Of a stretch of 64,000 bases of DNA, positions 1 through 8,450 are shown one piece after another (position 1 is the stretch's first letter; the number at the start of each line of letters is the position of its first letter). The position numbers and the translations under genes were made by a program. This DNA comes from a virus. Lineage: Duplodnaviria > Caudoviricetes. Location of the stretch: positions 37,522 through 101,521 of IMG/VR virus record IMGVR_UViG_3300024268_000035; one strand, 5' to 3'. A model generated the notes under the pieces. The model did no database searches. It had not been told where the DNA came from and saw nothing but the letters and a program-made list of their open reading frames with translations.

Positions 1-207
1 ATATATCCGCATATTGTTTGCGTTACCGTTTGAAAGATACAGTCCATCCAGATACCGTTTAAGACCCGCTTTGCATTCTGCATGAGTAATACCGAATTCC
101 AATGCTTTTTGAGCATTTTTGTCTGCAATCTTTTTACTTAGCCCAACACGGTCTTTGGTACGTTTGATACTATGGTTTGTCATAATTACATCACTCATCG
201 TATCCAT
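1..207 (-). CDS. hypothetical protein (partial, runs off window)
   Basis: Open frame MDTMSDVIMTNHSIKRTKDRVG... directly after the stop of the 210..491 gene. Confidence 0.6.
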   Translation of the reverse strand, partial: MDTMSDVIMTNHSIKRTKDRVGLSKKIADKNAQKALEFGITHAECKAGLKRYLDGLYLSNGNANNMRIY

Positions 208-209
208 CA

Positions 210-491
210 TTATCTTCCTCGCAAACACATCTGTAATCCGGAAATTGCTTCTTCCATTGAACGAATGCGCCCCCGAAGCGAATCGATTGTTTCTTGGATT
301 TCTGTTACATCCTGAGCGATATAGTATCCCTTTGCATTGGAGCAAATGGGATCGCCATTGTTTCTGGCATGATTGATGAGTTTTCTGACTTCTACCCCTG
401 AGACACCAAGTCCCGCTGCGATAGCAGAGCCGCAGATTGGATTATGTCTGCCGTCAGAATGAGTCATGATATACTTTGTAATGGGATCCAT
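210..491 (-). CDS. winged-HTH DNA-binding protein
   Basis: SAIAAGLGVSGVEVRKLINHAR...GYY HTH pattern; start moved to the ATG at 491 (GAAGGTG RBS). Confidence 0.6.
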   Translation of the reverse strand: MDPITKYIMTHSDGRHNPICGSAIAAGLGVSGVEVRKLINHARNNGDPICSNAKGYYIAQDVTEIQETIDSLRGRIRSMEEAISGLQMCLRGR

Positions 492-550
492 AAGCACCTT
501 CCATGTGCAAAAATATAGCGGCGGAACCGAAATCCCGCCGCACAAAATGT

Positions 551-2101
551 TTAGATATTCTTCAGAACCTCACCAATGGGAGCATAACGATCAGTGTTCA
601 GAGTTTCCAGCAGACATTCATAAGGATCAGTTTTTCCACTCATAACAAGTTTTACGATGTTTGTGCTGAATCCGCTGACAAGAGCAACGCCCATATCATT
701 TTCAATAACAGGGATTGTTGCTGTACGACTATTTACATTCCAGAATACAAGGCGGGGGAGCTTGTAACCGGCATTTTCATAACGCTGAGAAATAATCTCG
801 AACAGACGAGCGTTGGGACGATTACGATTCCATCTGTCAGAGGATCTGCCGCAAGTAGCACAGCTATCAAATTCCATGTCGGAGATGATAAGGATATTCT
901 GAGGAATATCTTCCTGTGCCATGTTGTTATGGACGGCTGTATCCAAAATCAGATCGAATACCGCTTCGATATTGGTGTTTGCAACTTCATTGTGTGCGAG
1001 AGCAATCTGAAGTTTGTCACGAAGGTTCTTGCCTCTGCTCAGATCTACCAATTTCGGAGATTCCGAGAAGGTAATGTAGTTGTTTTTGAACTGACCAGAA
1101 GATCTTTCGGCGAAATAGATTGCAAGTGCGTTGGCTACACTCAATGCGCTAACGCTGGATCCGCCAACGGTACTTGTCATACTTCCACTTCCATCAGCGA
1201 CAACGATAGTATTTCCGCAGCCTGCTACAGTATCGGGAAGGGAATCCCACATTGCTTCCAGTGCAGAATCAACGATACCCTTCACATTGTAGCTGTTCGA
1301 CATATACTTATGTACAATATCGTGCGGATACAGTGTTCCGGCGTTGATTTTTGTTTCACCCTTTTCCAGTCTGGAAAGGTAATTGCGGCGACGTTCTTCA
1401 TCGTTGCGAAGGAAGGCTGAATTGTAGATCAAGTTTGCACGGGAAGGAACAGTTTCATAAATGATTTCGTTCCAATGCTTTGCGGACATCTTCTTTTCCA
1501 CCACATTCAGCTTGGTACGCAGTCTGGAAAGAGCTTTGCGATAGTCGCGTTCTGTAACCCCCATATGCTTATAAATAAGCTTTGCATAACGCTTGGTTTC
1601 CTTAGAAGAGGCGTTTACAGAAGGAAGCCACTTTGCCAGAAGGGAAATGCTGCCATTCTTTTTAAGATTCTGAATATCCTGTGTAAGCTGAACGGAAACA
1701 AGGTCAAGTACGTTTATCTGAAGGTTGGTATCCAGCAGACACCACAGATCATCATAACGTCCATATTCAGGAATCAGGTTCAGAAGGGGGATGATGTATT
1801 CCGGATTGTGTTCAGCCATATTGGAAAGGATGATTCTGAACAAACGACGTTCACCAAGACCACCACGGATATCTCTTGCGAAAAACAGCCACTTCATTGC
1901 TGTCACCTTGTCTTCAAAGAAAGCCTTAGTGAATCGTTTGGCAATATCGTCCGGGGATGCGGAACGAAGAGATGCAACGGCGAAGTTCAGATCCAACAGT
2001 TCTTTACCAGTGGTACGATATCCCATAGCACCATTTTCGGTCATAGAGTAATTGTTATCTGCGAGCATGGTTTTCTTCATGTTTGAAACAAAGTTACTCA
2101 T
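551..2101 (-). CDS. DUF2828-type TROVE/Ro60-like protein with C-terminal vWA domain
   Basis: Motifs TENGA, ARDIRGGLGER, YGRYDDL, AKWLPS; MIDAS DGSGS; ISDMEFD; FWNV; strong AAGGAGG RBS. Confidence 0.85.
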   Translation of the reverse strand: MSNFVSNMKKTMLADNNYSMTENGAMGYRTTGKELLDLNFAVASLRSASPDDIAKRFTKAFFEDKVTAMKWLFFARDIRGGLGERRLFRIILSNMAEHNPEYIIPLLNLIPEYGRYDDLWCLLDTNLQINVLDLVSVQLTQDIQNLKKNGSISLLAKWLPSVNASSKETKRYAKLIYKHMGVTERDYRKALSRLRTKLNVVEKKMSAKHWNEIIYETVPSRANLIYNSAFLRNDEERRRNYLSRLEKGETKINAGTLYPHDIVHKYMSNSYNVKGIVDSALEAMWDSLPDTVAGCGNTIVVADGSGSMTSTVGGSSVSALSVANALAIYFAERSSGQFKNNYITFSESPKLVDLSRGKNLRDKLQIALAHNEVANTNIEAVFDLILDTAVHNNMAQEDIPQNILIISDMEFDSCATCGRSSDRWNRNRPNARLFEIISQRYENAGYKLPRLVFWNVNSRTATIPVIENDMGVALVSGFSTNIVKLVMSGKTDPYECLLETLNTDRYAPIGEVLKNI

Positions 2102-2156
2102 TGTTTAATTCCTCCTTGGTTTGTTTAGTTAATTTCTAAAGTGTTTGTTTATCCTC

Positions 2157-2270
2157 AAGACACACAAAGAACGCGCAGAAGTGTGGAGTCGAACCATCAT
2201 CACTGTTTTCAGTTGTCCTAAACCAATTAGACGAACCTCTGCTACTATGTAACATTGCTGATCGTGTCTT
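2157..2270 (-). ncRNA. Y-RNA-like/tRNA-like RNA: outer helix AAGACAC/GTGTCTT plus ATCAGCAA, enclosing a tRNA body with a shrunken anticodon arm
   Basis: Acceptor GCAGAGG/CTTCTGC, D-arm, ACTG-AAAA-CAGT mini arm, T-loop TTCGACT. Confidence 0.65.
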
Positions 2271-2280
2271 TAAGGAGGGA

Positions 2281-2394
2281 AACGGTGGGCAGGAATCGAA
2301 CCTGCGCTTGCAGCTTGGATTTTTACATTGCTGTCAGTGAACCTTACGGATCACACGAAGGGGAGCCGCCGTCTTCCCGCTTGACTACCACCGT
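2281..2394 (-). ncRNA. tRNA-like RNA with a hairpin+ACAGCAA insert in the anticodon loop (Gly-like remnant TCCAA)
   Basis: Acceptor ACGGTGG/CCACCGT; T-arm GCAGG-TTCGATT-CCTGC; anticodon stem GCGGC/GCTGC; insert GTGA..GTAA..TCAC-TG-ACAGCAA. Confidence 0.7.
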
Positions 2395-2399
2395 ATGTG

Positions 2400-2516
2400 C
2401 GTCAGGGGTGGGACTCGAACCCACGACCTCGGGTTTAACAGACCTTGAATAAATTTGCTGTAAATGTCTCACACAAGACATATTATACGCGCTCTATCCA
2501 ACTGAGCTACCCTGAC
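2400..2516 (-). ncRNA. tRNA-Asn(GTT)-like RNA with a ~45-nt hairpin+ACAGCAA insert between the D-arm and the anticodon hairpin
   Basis: Acceptor GTCAGGG/CCCTGAC; D-arm GCTC..GAGC; TGTCTTGTGTGAGACA-TTT-ACAGCAA; GGT-CTGTTAA-ACC; T-arm GTGGG-TTCGAGT-CCCAC. Confidence 0.7.
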
Positions 2517-2522
2517 ATTTGA

Positions 2523-2595
2523 CTCGTGCAACCGGAATCGAACCGATATTTACCAATCGCATCCACAGTGTACTTTTGCAGGTGTTACGCACGAA
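2523..2595 (-). pseudogene. degenerate tRNA-like element (possible His GTG loop)
   Basis: Acceptor TCGTGCG/TGCACGA; T-arm ATCGG-TTCGATT-CCGGT; loop CTGTGGA; poor D-arm. Confidence 0.4.
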
Positions 2596-2717
2596 TATTG
2601 AATCGGATTCATCGGTTTTTCCGAAATGCTGAAATCTGGCAAGTGAATTTCAAGCACGACCCTTATCCGATATGGGTCAGCAGAAAGGAGTTATATGAAG
2701 CGTATTATGTACGCTGA

Positions 2718-2836
2718 AGCGGAAGGAAGGAATCGAACCTTCGACACGTGAACCCATTTCAAAGAACATTGCTGTTAATGTCAGCATACGCGACACCATA
2801 TCTTTTTCATTGCTCTGCCGACTGAGCTACTTCCGC
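2718..2836 (-). ncRNA. tRNA-like RNA with the anticodon loop replaced by a hairpin+ACAGCAA module
   Basis: Acceptor GCGGAAG/CTTCCGC; canonical D-arm; TGAA/TTCA stem; insert TGTC..GACA-TTA-ACAGCAA; T-arm GAAGG-TTCGATT-CCTTC. Confidence 0.7.
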
Positions 2837-2852
2837 ATAATGACGGCTGATT

Positions 2853-2967
2853 GTGGGAACTGTGGAATCGAACCACAAGCATAAGATGTACCAGATCTCA
2901 AAGGTAAATTTGCTGTTAGTGTACGCCGTCCGTTACACTTTATAACGCTGCCTCCCAGACGTTCCCA
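2853..2967 (-). ncRNA. tRNA-like RNA with a hairpin+ACAGCAA module and a Thr(GGT) anticodon-like hairpin
   Basis: Acceptor TGGGAAC/GTTCCCA; GTGTA..TACAC-TA-ACAGCAA; GAGAT-CTGGTAC-ATCTT; T-arm TGTGG-TTCGATT-CCACA. Confidence 0.65.
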
Positions 2968-2974
2968 GAATAAA

Positions 2975-3057
2975 TGCCGGAGAAGGGACTTGAACCCATA
3001 CGCGCTACGCGCATCAGGGCTTAAACCTGATGTGTCTGCCAATTACACCACACCGGC
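2975..3057 (-). tRNA. tRNA-Leu(TAA)
   Basis: Cloverleaf; TCAGG-TTTAAGC-CCTGA; long variable arm. Confidence 0.85.
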
Positions 3058-3228
3058 ATATCAAGCAAGGTATGGGCTATTCTCCCATACAATAGATGGT
3101 CTATTTTGTATCTTACGACAAACAGGCAGGAGGGAGGTTGAAAAGAGAAGGGAGGTTCAGTTATTGTTTGTCGTTTGATAGGCTTTCTCTTTGCCTACTT
3201 GCTTTTAAGTTTCCAAAGGAATACTTGA

Positions 3229-3316
3229 CGGAGCAGACAGGACTCGAACCTGCACATCCTTACGAATTACTGACGGTTTAGCAAACCGCTGCCTTACCAA
3301 TTAGGCTTACTGCTCC
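3229..3316 (-). tRNA. tRNA-Ser(GCT)
   Basis: Cloverleaf; GCGGT-TTGCTAA-ACCGT; long variable arm. Confidence 0.9.
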
Positions 3317-3340
3317 ACATGAGAAGCAAAGCTTCTCTGT

Positions 3341-3399
3341 AAAACGCTTTCGATAATCAGTCGATGAATGGCGATTAGTGATATTGCTGTAAGCGTCTT
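3341..3399 (-). ncRNA. stand-alone ACAGCAA-module RNA
   Basis: Helix AAGACGCTT/AAGCGTTTT followed by ACAGCAA; inner TCGA-CTGATTA-TCGA. Confidence 0.6.
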
Positions 3400-3410
3400 T
3401 ATTTTTTGTC

Positions 3411-3468
3411 ACGGCACATATACATTCATAACCCCAAATTATGCGTATCAAATTGCTGTAAGTGCCGT
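3411..3468 (-). ncRNA. stand-alone ACAGCAA-module RNA
   Basis: Helix ACGGCAC/GTGCCGT, then TT-ACAGCAA; inner CATAA-TTTGGGG-TTATG. Confidence 0.6.
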
Positions 3469-3491
3469 TGTGTTGTTCAGAGTTTTAAGCT

Positions 3492-5075
3492 TTAACCTTC
3501 CACAGTCTTAAAGAACACATCTGTACGGCGGTTCTTTTCACTGTCTTGTGCGGAAGGGTCTACGATCATTTTTGTATTGCCGTTACCAACAACGATAATA
3601 CGATTTACATCAATGCCATTCGCCACGAAGAAATTCTTTACGGTCTTGGCACGTTCTTCGGAGAGCTTACGTCCGGCATCAGTATCATCATAAGAATTGA
3701 TGTTACCTTCGATCTGAATTACAGTGCCGTCCAGAGTTTTTGCGATTTCCACGAATTCACTGAGAGTTGCATTTGCTTCTGCATTGTCAAGGAACTTTGC
3801 GGTATTGATGACAAAGTTTACGGTTGCAGACTTGGAAAGCAGTGCCTGTGCATTCTTAATGGATTCCTTCTGTTCTTCTGTGATCTCAAAGGCTTCCTTC
3901 TCTGTGATAGAAGAATAATTATCGGAAAGCGTCTTGATATAGGAAGTATCGAACAGGGTTGCTCCAAGGGTTCTGTCTACAGTTTCACCGATGCTTTCCC
4001 AGATGGTACACATATCAGCATAAACAGTGGGGCAGTCATTTTCCAGAGCGGAGAGATTTTCTGAATATCCCATCAGACCGGCATCGCCGCACATGGAGAG
4101 GATTTCTTCATCAGAAGAGTCAGCGAACATGGGCATAACCTTACGGATGTATTCAAACTCAGTGGTGTACATATCTTCGGCTTGGAAGATACCATCAATA
4201 AACTTGGACACTACATCCGGATGTGCCGATGCGAAATCGGAACGGAAGAGGATACCGTCCATGATGAGTTTGTTGGAAGCGGTAGTGTCAAACAAAATGT
4301 GAGAATTGGTACTGTTTTCGGCGTTGGAAAGATACGGCTGCCATGTTGCTGCAACATCAAGGCTTCCGGCAAAGAACGCCTGACCAGTTTGTTCTGCGTC
4401 TTCCAGCAGAATAAGGTTGTCGATGATCTTCTGCTTATCTGCGTCGGGGAGGTCTGATTTATTGACAAACCAGATAACAAGAGACTGGGCTTCACTGAAT
4501 TTGGGAACACCAATCTTGGCATCTACGAGACTTTCGATGGATTTGAACTTGCTGAGTGCGATGATGCCATCACCACCGTCAGAGAAGTTAGTGTACACAG
4601 GAATTACTACATCCAAACCGGCATCGGTGAACTTTCCGGAAAGGAATGCTGTACGGTTGAGAGTATATCCGGCTGCGTTAAGATCACCCTTAATCAGCGC
4701 ATTACTGGATGCTTCTGCATCGTTGATAATATTGATATTGACGGTGATTCCAAGTTTATCAAAAATGGAACCGGGCTGAGTGGTCAAACCACCATTTGCG
4801 TCGATGATCGGCTTCCAACCAATCCATTCATCCAGTGAAAGATTGATAGTCGGATCTGCGGTATCCGTCTTGTTTACTGCGGGAGTGTTTGAAGTCTTAT
4901 TGTCAGTATCGGATGTGCCGATAATGGAGTCCAATGTATCGCTTCCGAAACTGGGGATAAGATCGGGCTTATGTTCTTCAATGTAGCGATAGCCGAAGAA
5001 TCCGGCGACACAGAGAATAGCGATGATGATTACGAACAGGACGACGCGACCAGCGGTGGTCAACTTGAGTTTCAT
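3492..5075 (-). CDS. membrane-anchored NitT/TauT-type ABC substrate-binding protein fused to an OmpA-like C-terminal domain
   Basis: N-terminal TM; WIGW, DGGDGI, ATWQP motifs; C-terminal LSEERAKTV...NRRTD. Confidence 0.8.
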   Translation of the reverse strand: MKLKLTTAGRVVLFVIIIAILCVAGFFGYRYIEEHKPDLIPSFGSDTLDSIIGTSDTDNKTSNTPAVNKTDTADPTINLSLDEWIGWKPIIDANGGLTTQPGSIFDKLGITVNINIINDAEASSNALIKGDLNAAGYTLNRTAFLSGKFTDAGLDVVIPVYTNFSDGGDGIIALSKFKSIESLVDAKIGVPKFSEAQSLVIWFVNKSDLPDADKQKIIDNLILLEDAEQTGQAFFAGSLDVAATWQPYLSNAENSTNSHILFDTTASNKLIMDGILFRSDFASAHPDVVSKFIDGIFQAEDMYTTEFEYIRKVMPMFADSSDEEILSMCGDAGLMGYSENLSALENDCPTVYADMCTIWESIGETVDRTLGATLFDTSYIKTLSDNYSSITEKEAFEITEEQKESIKNAQALLSKSATVNFVINTAKFLDNAEANATLSEFVEIAKTLDGTVIQIEGNINSYDDTDAGRKLSEERAKTVKNFFVANGIDVNRIIVVGNGNTKMIVDPSAQDSEKNRRTDVFFKTVEG

Positions 5076-5821
5076 TACTTAGATCCTCCATATTTCTTTT
5101 TGAGATTTTCAAGATATTCGTCATTGGCGAGTTTGGCTGCTTGCTGTTCGGCGCGTTCCACCTTGGTGGAGGTACGGTTTTCATGAACAATCCGTGCGCC
5201 GTCCACTTCCTTCTTCAAGTCACTGGAACCTTCCATGACGGAATCCAGAAGTTTCTTGGTGGCTGTATCCTTTTTGAGTTCATCCAGATCTCCGAGGATG
5301 TCTTTGAGCTGGTCGTTCATACGCATTCCGTTGACGGTTTCTTTCTTGAGACGCTGAGTTTCACGAAGTTTCTTGCCGAGTGTGTCGTATATCTGCGTAG
5401 CATCAGCTACCATCGGCTTCAGACGAGCGATACACTCCCTCTTTTGTGCGAGTTCCGTCATGAGTTCTGAACGGCTTTCAGCATAGATTTCAGCTTCCTT
5501 CATCTTGCCGTTCCTTACAAGGTTTTCACAAGCGGCTTCCGCTTCCTTGATTTTGTTTTCAAGAATTTTGGCGGCATCTTCCGCGTGTTTCAATTCTCCT
5601 GAAAGTTTGTTTAATGTATCGGAAGCGCGGTTGTATTTTGCGCGAATTTCTTCGATTGCTTCACTAAAGATTGCCGCCGCGCCTTCAGGAGTTTTGGCGG
5701 CATCTTCAACGAAAACATTCAGAAATCCGCTGACAAGTACCTTTAACTTCTTGCGGACTTCCGGGAAGAGAATAAGAGCGAGAAGGATAATAGCAAGGAT
5801 AATTCCGAGAATGATTTTCAC
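5075..5821 (-). CDS. PspA/IM30-like coiled-coil membrane protein
   Basis: N-terminal TM followed by a long coiled coil; operon context. Confidence 0.55.
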   Translation of the reverse strand: MKIILGIILAIILLALILFPEVRKKLKVLVSGFLNVFVEDAAKTPEGAAAIFSEAIEEIRAKYNRASDTLNKLSGELKHAEDAAKILENKIKEAEAACENLVRNGKMKEAEIYAESRSELMTELAQKRECIARLKPMVADATQIYDTLGKKLRETQRLKKETVNGMRMNDQLKDILGDLDELKKDTATKKLLDSVMEGSSDLKKEVDGARIVHENRTSTKVERAEQQAAKLANDEYLENLKKKYGGSK

Positions 5822-6363
5822 TTGGATTCCTCCATTCCTTTACAGAATTCTATGAGATTTGTGATGGACTTTACCTCATCTGTAATAGAGGACTGAGCGG
5901 CAGAAATGATATCTTCTGCTTCCTTGATCTTGATGTTGGCAGATTCGATTGCCTGTTTCAGTGCTTCAATATCCATCTTGGCGATTTCGATTTCTGCTGT
6001 ACGTTCTCTGGTAATCTTAGATTCTGCAGCTTTCAGCATCGACATTCTGGTATCACCATCAGAAAGCAGTGTTTCTACCTTGATACCAGACACCGCCAGA
6101 ATTCCGGCGATAGTAGCCTGTTTTGTTGCCGTAGGCATTTCCGGCGGGAGCGTTGCGATAAGAGCCTGTACGGTAAAGATAGAATTTGTCTTATCTGACA
6201 GGTCATTTTGATCGTAGATTTCGTCGATAATATTTGCAGGAGACTCGATATCCGCATCAACTGCAATCGGGACTTCTTCTGTCGGTTCTTCCTGTACGGG
6301 AACAGGTACGGTAGTCTCCGCTTTATCGTCTTCAAATACGATAAGCTTCTTTAATAATCCCAT
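5818..6363 (-). CDS. hypothetical coiled-coil protein
   Basis: RBS GGAAAGGAAAG before ATG 6363; operonic. Confidence 0.7.
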   Translation of the reverse strand: MGLLKKLIVFEDDKAETTVPVPVQEEPTEEVPIAVDADIESPANIIDEIYDQNDLSDKTNSIFTVQALIATLPPEMPTATKQATIAGILAVSGIKVETLLSDGDTRMSMLKAAESKITRERTAEIEIAKMDIEALKQAIESANIKIKEAEDIISAAQSSITDEVKSITNLIEFCKGMEESK

Positions 6364-6383
6364 TTTCTTTCCTTTCCTTTCCT

Positions 6384-6971
6384 TTATGAGAGCTTGATTA
6401 TATGTTCGCACATCCTCACAGCTTCCTCTTCGCTGTGTGTTACCATGAGGATTGTGTTTGCGGTTTCATGATGGACTTCCATGATAAGGTTCTGCATCTT
6501 TGTTCTGGTTACATCATCCAGTGCGGAAAGCGGTTCGTCCATCAGCAGGTATGTAGGCTTGACAAACAGGACTCTGGCAAGAGCCAATCTTTGCTGCATA
6601 CCGCCGGAGAGTTCCGTTGGATATCGATCAAGATAATCACCAAGACCAACTTCTTGCAGGATTCGCTCTGCTGTTGGAACAAGTGACTTGCGTTTGCTGC
6701 GAGTTCTTTCAGCAATCAGGATGTTGTCTCTGCAGGAAAGCCAATCGAAATTGGTGTATCTCTGGTGCATCATATAGATAAGCTGTCTGTCTTTTCTGAT
6801 GATTTCGCCTGAGAGTGGTTTATGCAGTCCAGCAATGGTTTTCAGCAATGTGCTTTTTCCACAGCCAGATTTTCCGAGTATTCCGTAAATCTTCCCATTC
6901 TCAAATGTGAAATTCAACGGATCGGTGAGAGGGTGATCGTACCCAACCGATAGATTATTCAATGTTATCAT
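6384..6971 (-). CDS. ABC transporter ATP-binding protein (TauB/SsuB-like)
   Basis: Walker A GKSGCGKST, LSGGMQQR, LLMDEP, VTH. Confidence 0.95.
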   Translation of the reverse strand: MITLNNLSVGYDHPLTDPLNFTFENGKIYGILGKSGCGKSTLLKTIAGLHKPLSGEIIRKDRQLIYMMHQRYTNFDWLSCRDNILIAERTRSKRKSLVPTAERILQEVGLGDYLDRYPTELSGGMQQRLALARVLFVKPTYLLMDEPLSALDDVTRTKMQNLIMEVHHETANTILMVTHSEEEAVRMCEHIIKLS

Positions 6972-7728
6972 CTTTGTATCTCCACTGAAATGTTTTCCGG
7001 ATCAGCATCTTTCCGATACGATCAAACAGATAACTGAACACCACAATCGTGAGGATTGCTGCAAACACAATGGCGGTTTTACCTCTGGCGGCTCCTACAT
7101 TGATGATGAAGCCAAGACCTTTTATGGCGTTCACTTCTTCCACAACAGCAACATACGTCCATCCGATTCCATACATCATCAGGAACGAATTCATAATAGA
7201 GGGCAGTGCGGCTGGCAAAAGAATTTCTGCAATAATTTCATGTGGTCGCATTCCGATTGACTTCCCGGTATCAATCAGATCCTGCGGCACATCTTCCATG
7301 CACAGTATGGTTGATGGGAGAAGATACACAAAGGTTGCAAGGAACAGAAACGAAATTTTCATAGTCTCATCTATTCCAAACCACAGGATCAGAAGGGGCG
7401 AAAATGCTGTAACTGGAATGTACCTCATTGCAGATACGATTGGTGTGATCGCATCTTTAACAGGTTTTACTGCACAAATCAGTAATGCAAGGGGAATTGC
7501 TACTGCCATCGACAGAATGGCGGACACAGATATACGAGCGAAAGAGTAAAGCAAACCGGGAAGTAGTTGATTGGTTTTAATAAGTCCAACCAATGCAGAT
7601 ACAACGGATAACGGGGAGGGGATAAAGAGCGGCGTTGTCATGGCGGATCCAATCTGCCATATTATCAGAAGAATAATAACTCCCATTGTTTTCTTCAAGA
7701 TATTGCAGCCGCTTTTACCGCCGAGCAT
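6955..7728 (-). CDS. ABC transporter permease (TauC/SsuC-like)
   Basis: Multiple TMs; RYIP..A..PLLILWFG; EAA-like loop; start uncertain. Confidence 0.9.
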   Translation of the reverse strand: MLGGKSGCNILKKTMGVIILLIIWQIGSAMTTPLFIPSPLSVVSALVGLIKTNQLLPGLLYSFARISVSAILSMAVAIPLALLICAVKPVKDAITPIVSAMRYIPVTAFSPLLILWFGIDETMKISFLFLATFVYLLPSTILCMEDVPQDLIDTGKSIGMRPHEIIAEILLPAALPSIMNSFLMMYGIGWTYVAVVEEVNAIKGLGFIINVGAARGKTAIVFAAILTIVVFSYLFDRIGKMLIRKTFQWRYKDDNIE

Positions 7729-7997
7729 TAGGACTCCTTTTTCTGTTCCTTCTGCTCCGCCTGTTCTTTCTTGTATGTACAGTCGGCAGGTTTCAGGACA
7801 GCTACATAGTTGTCTGCGTTTACATAGGTGGACAATGGCTTAACTTTGCCCTGAGGCTGATTTCTGCGGCAGCCGCGTTTGTGGAAATTCAGAAACTTAC
7901 AGCCGTTACAGGTAATGGACTTGTCCACCCAGTAACTACCCGTTTCTGTTTTTGCCTCGATTTTGGGTTCATTCTTGATCTTTTCAGTCTTTTCCAT
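7728..7997 (-). CDS. hypothetical protein
   Basis: ORF with AAGGAG RBS; CxxC. Confidence 0.65.
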   Translation of the reverse strand: MEKTEKIKNEPKIEAKTETGSYWVDKSITCNGCKFLNFHKRGCRRNQPQGKVKPLSTYVNADNYVAVLKPADCTYKKEQAEQKEQKKES

Positions 7998-8021
7998 GAT
8001 TGTTTACTCCTTGTTCAGAGA

Positions 8022-8276
8022 TTATGATGTTACTTCTTTGAGTTTTCCTATTCGGAAAAAGTACGGCAAGGATGTTGACCCTACCCCCCCATTATCAGGC
8101 GGACTCGGTAGCGGCTTTCCGCACATTGGGCAGTATTTGAACTGAATATGATTACCAGCAGTATCAGAGAAAACATTGGTTCCAAGGCGAATAAACGCTT
8201 TTTTAGGAGCATTTACTGACACAGACGATTCTACCCAAAAGCCTCTCTGCCATTGGCAATATCCGCATCCAATCAA
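8022..8276 (-). CDS. small Cys-rich hypothetical protein
   Basis: GGGAGGTG RBS; CGYC and FKYCPMCG. Confidence 0.55.
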   Translation of the reverse strand: MIGCGYCQWQRGFWVESSVSVNAPKKAFIRLGTNVFSDTAGNHIQFKYCPMCGKPLPSPPDNGGVGSTSLPYFFRIGKLKEVTS

Positions 8277-8450
8277 ATCGCATCACCTCCCATTCATAGA
8301 ATTAACATAGCAAGTTTTCTGCATTTGTTATCCGTTCGGGAGTTAAACCCGCTCTCCGTTAAGGCGTTCCACCGGGAACTGTGCGGACAAATAGGGTTGA
8401 TTAGTTAATTCCATAGGTGTACTTAAAAGGCTTGCGCCTTTGTAAGTATG

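Noticed and set aside
503-2086. Long plus-strand ORFs (305 aa, 203 aa) and similar ones at 11804-14671, 15555-16511 and 21611-22579
   Set aside because: Antisense shadows of well-supported minus-strand genes; no RBS or recognisable motifs.
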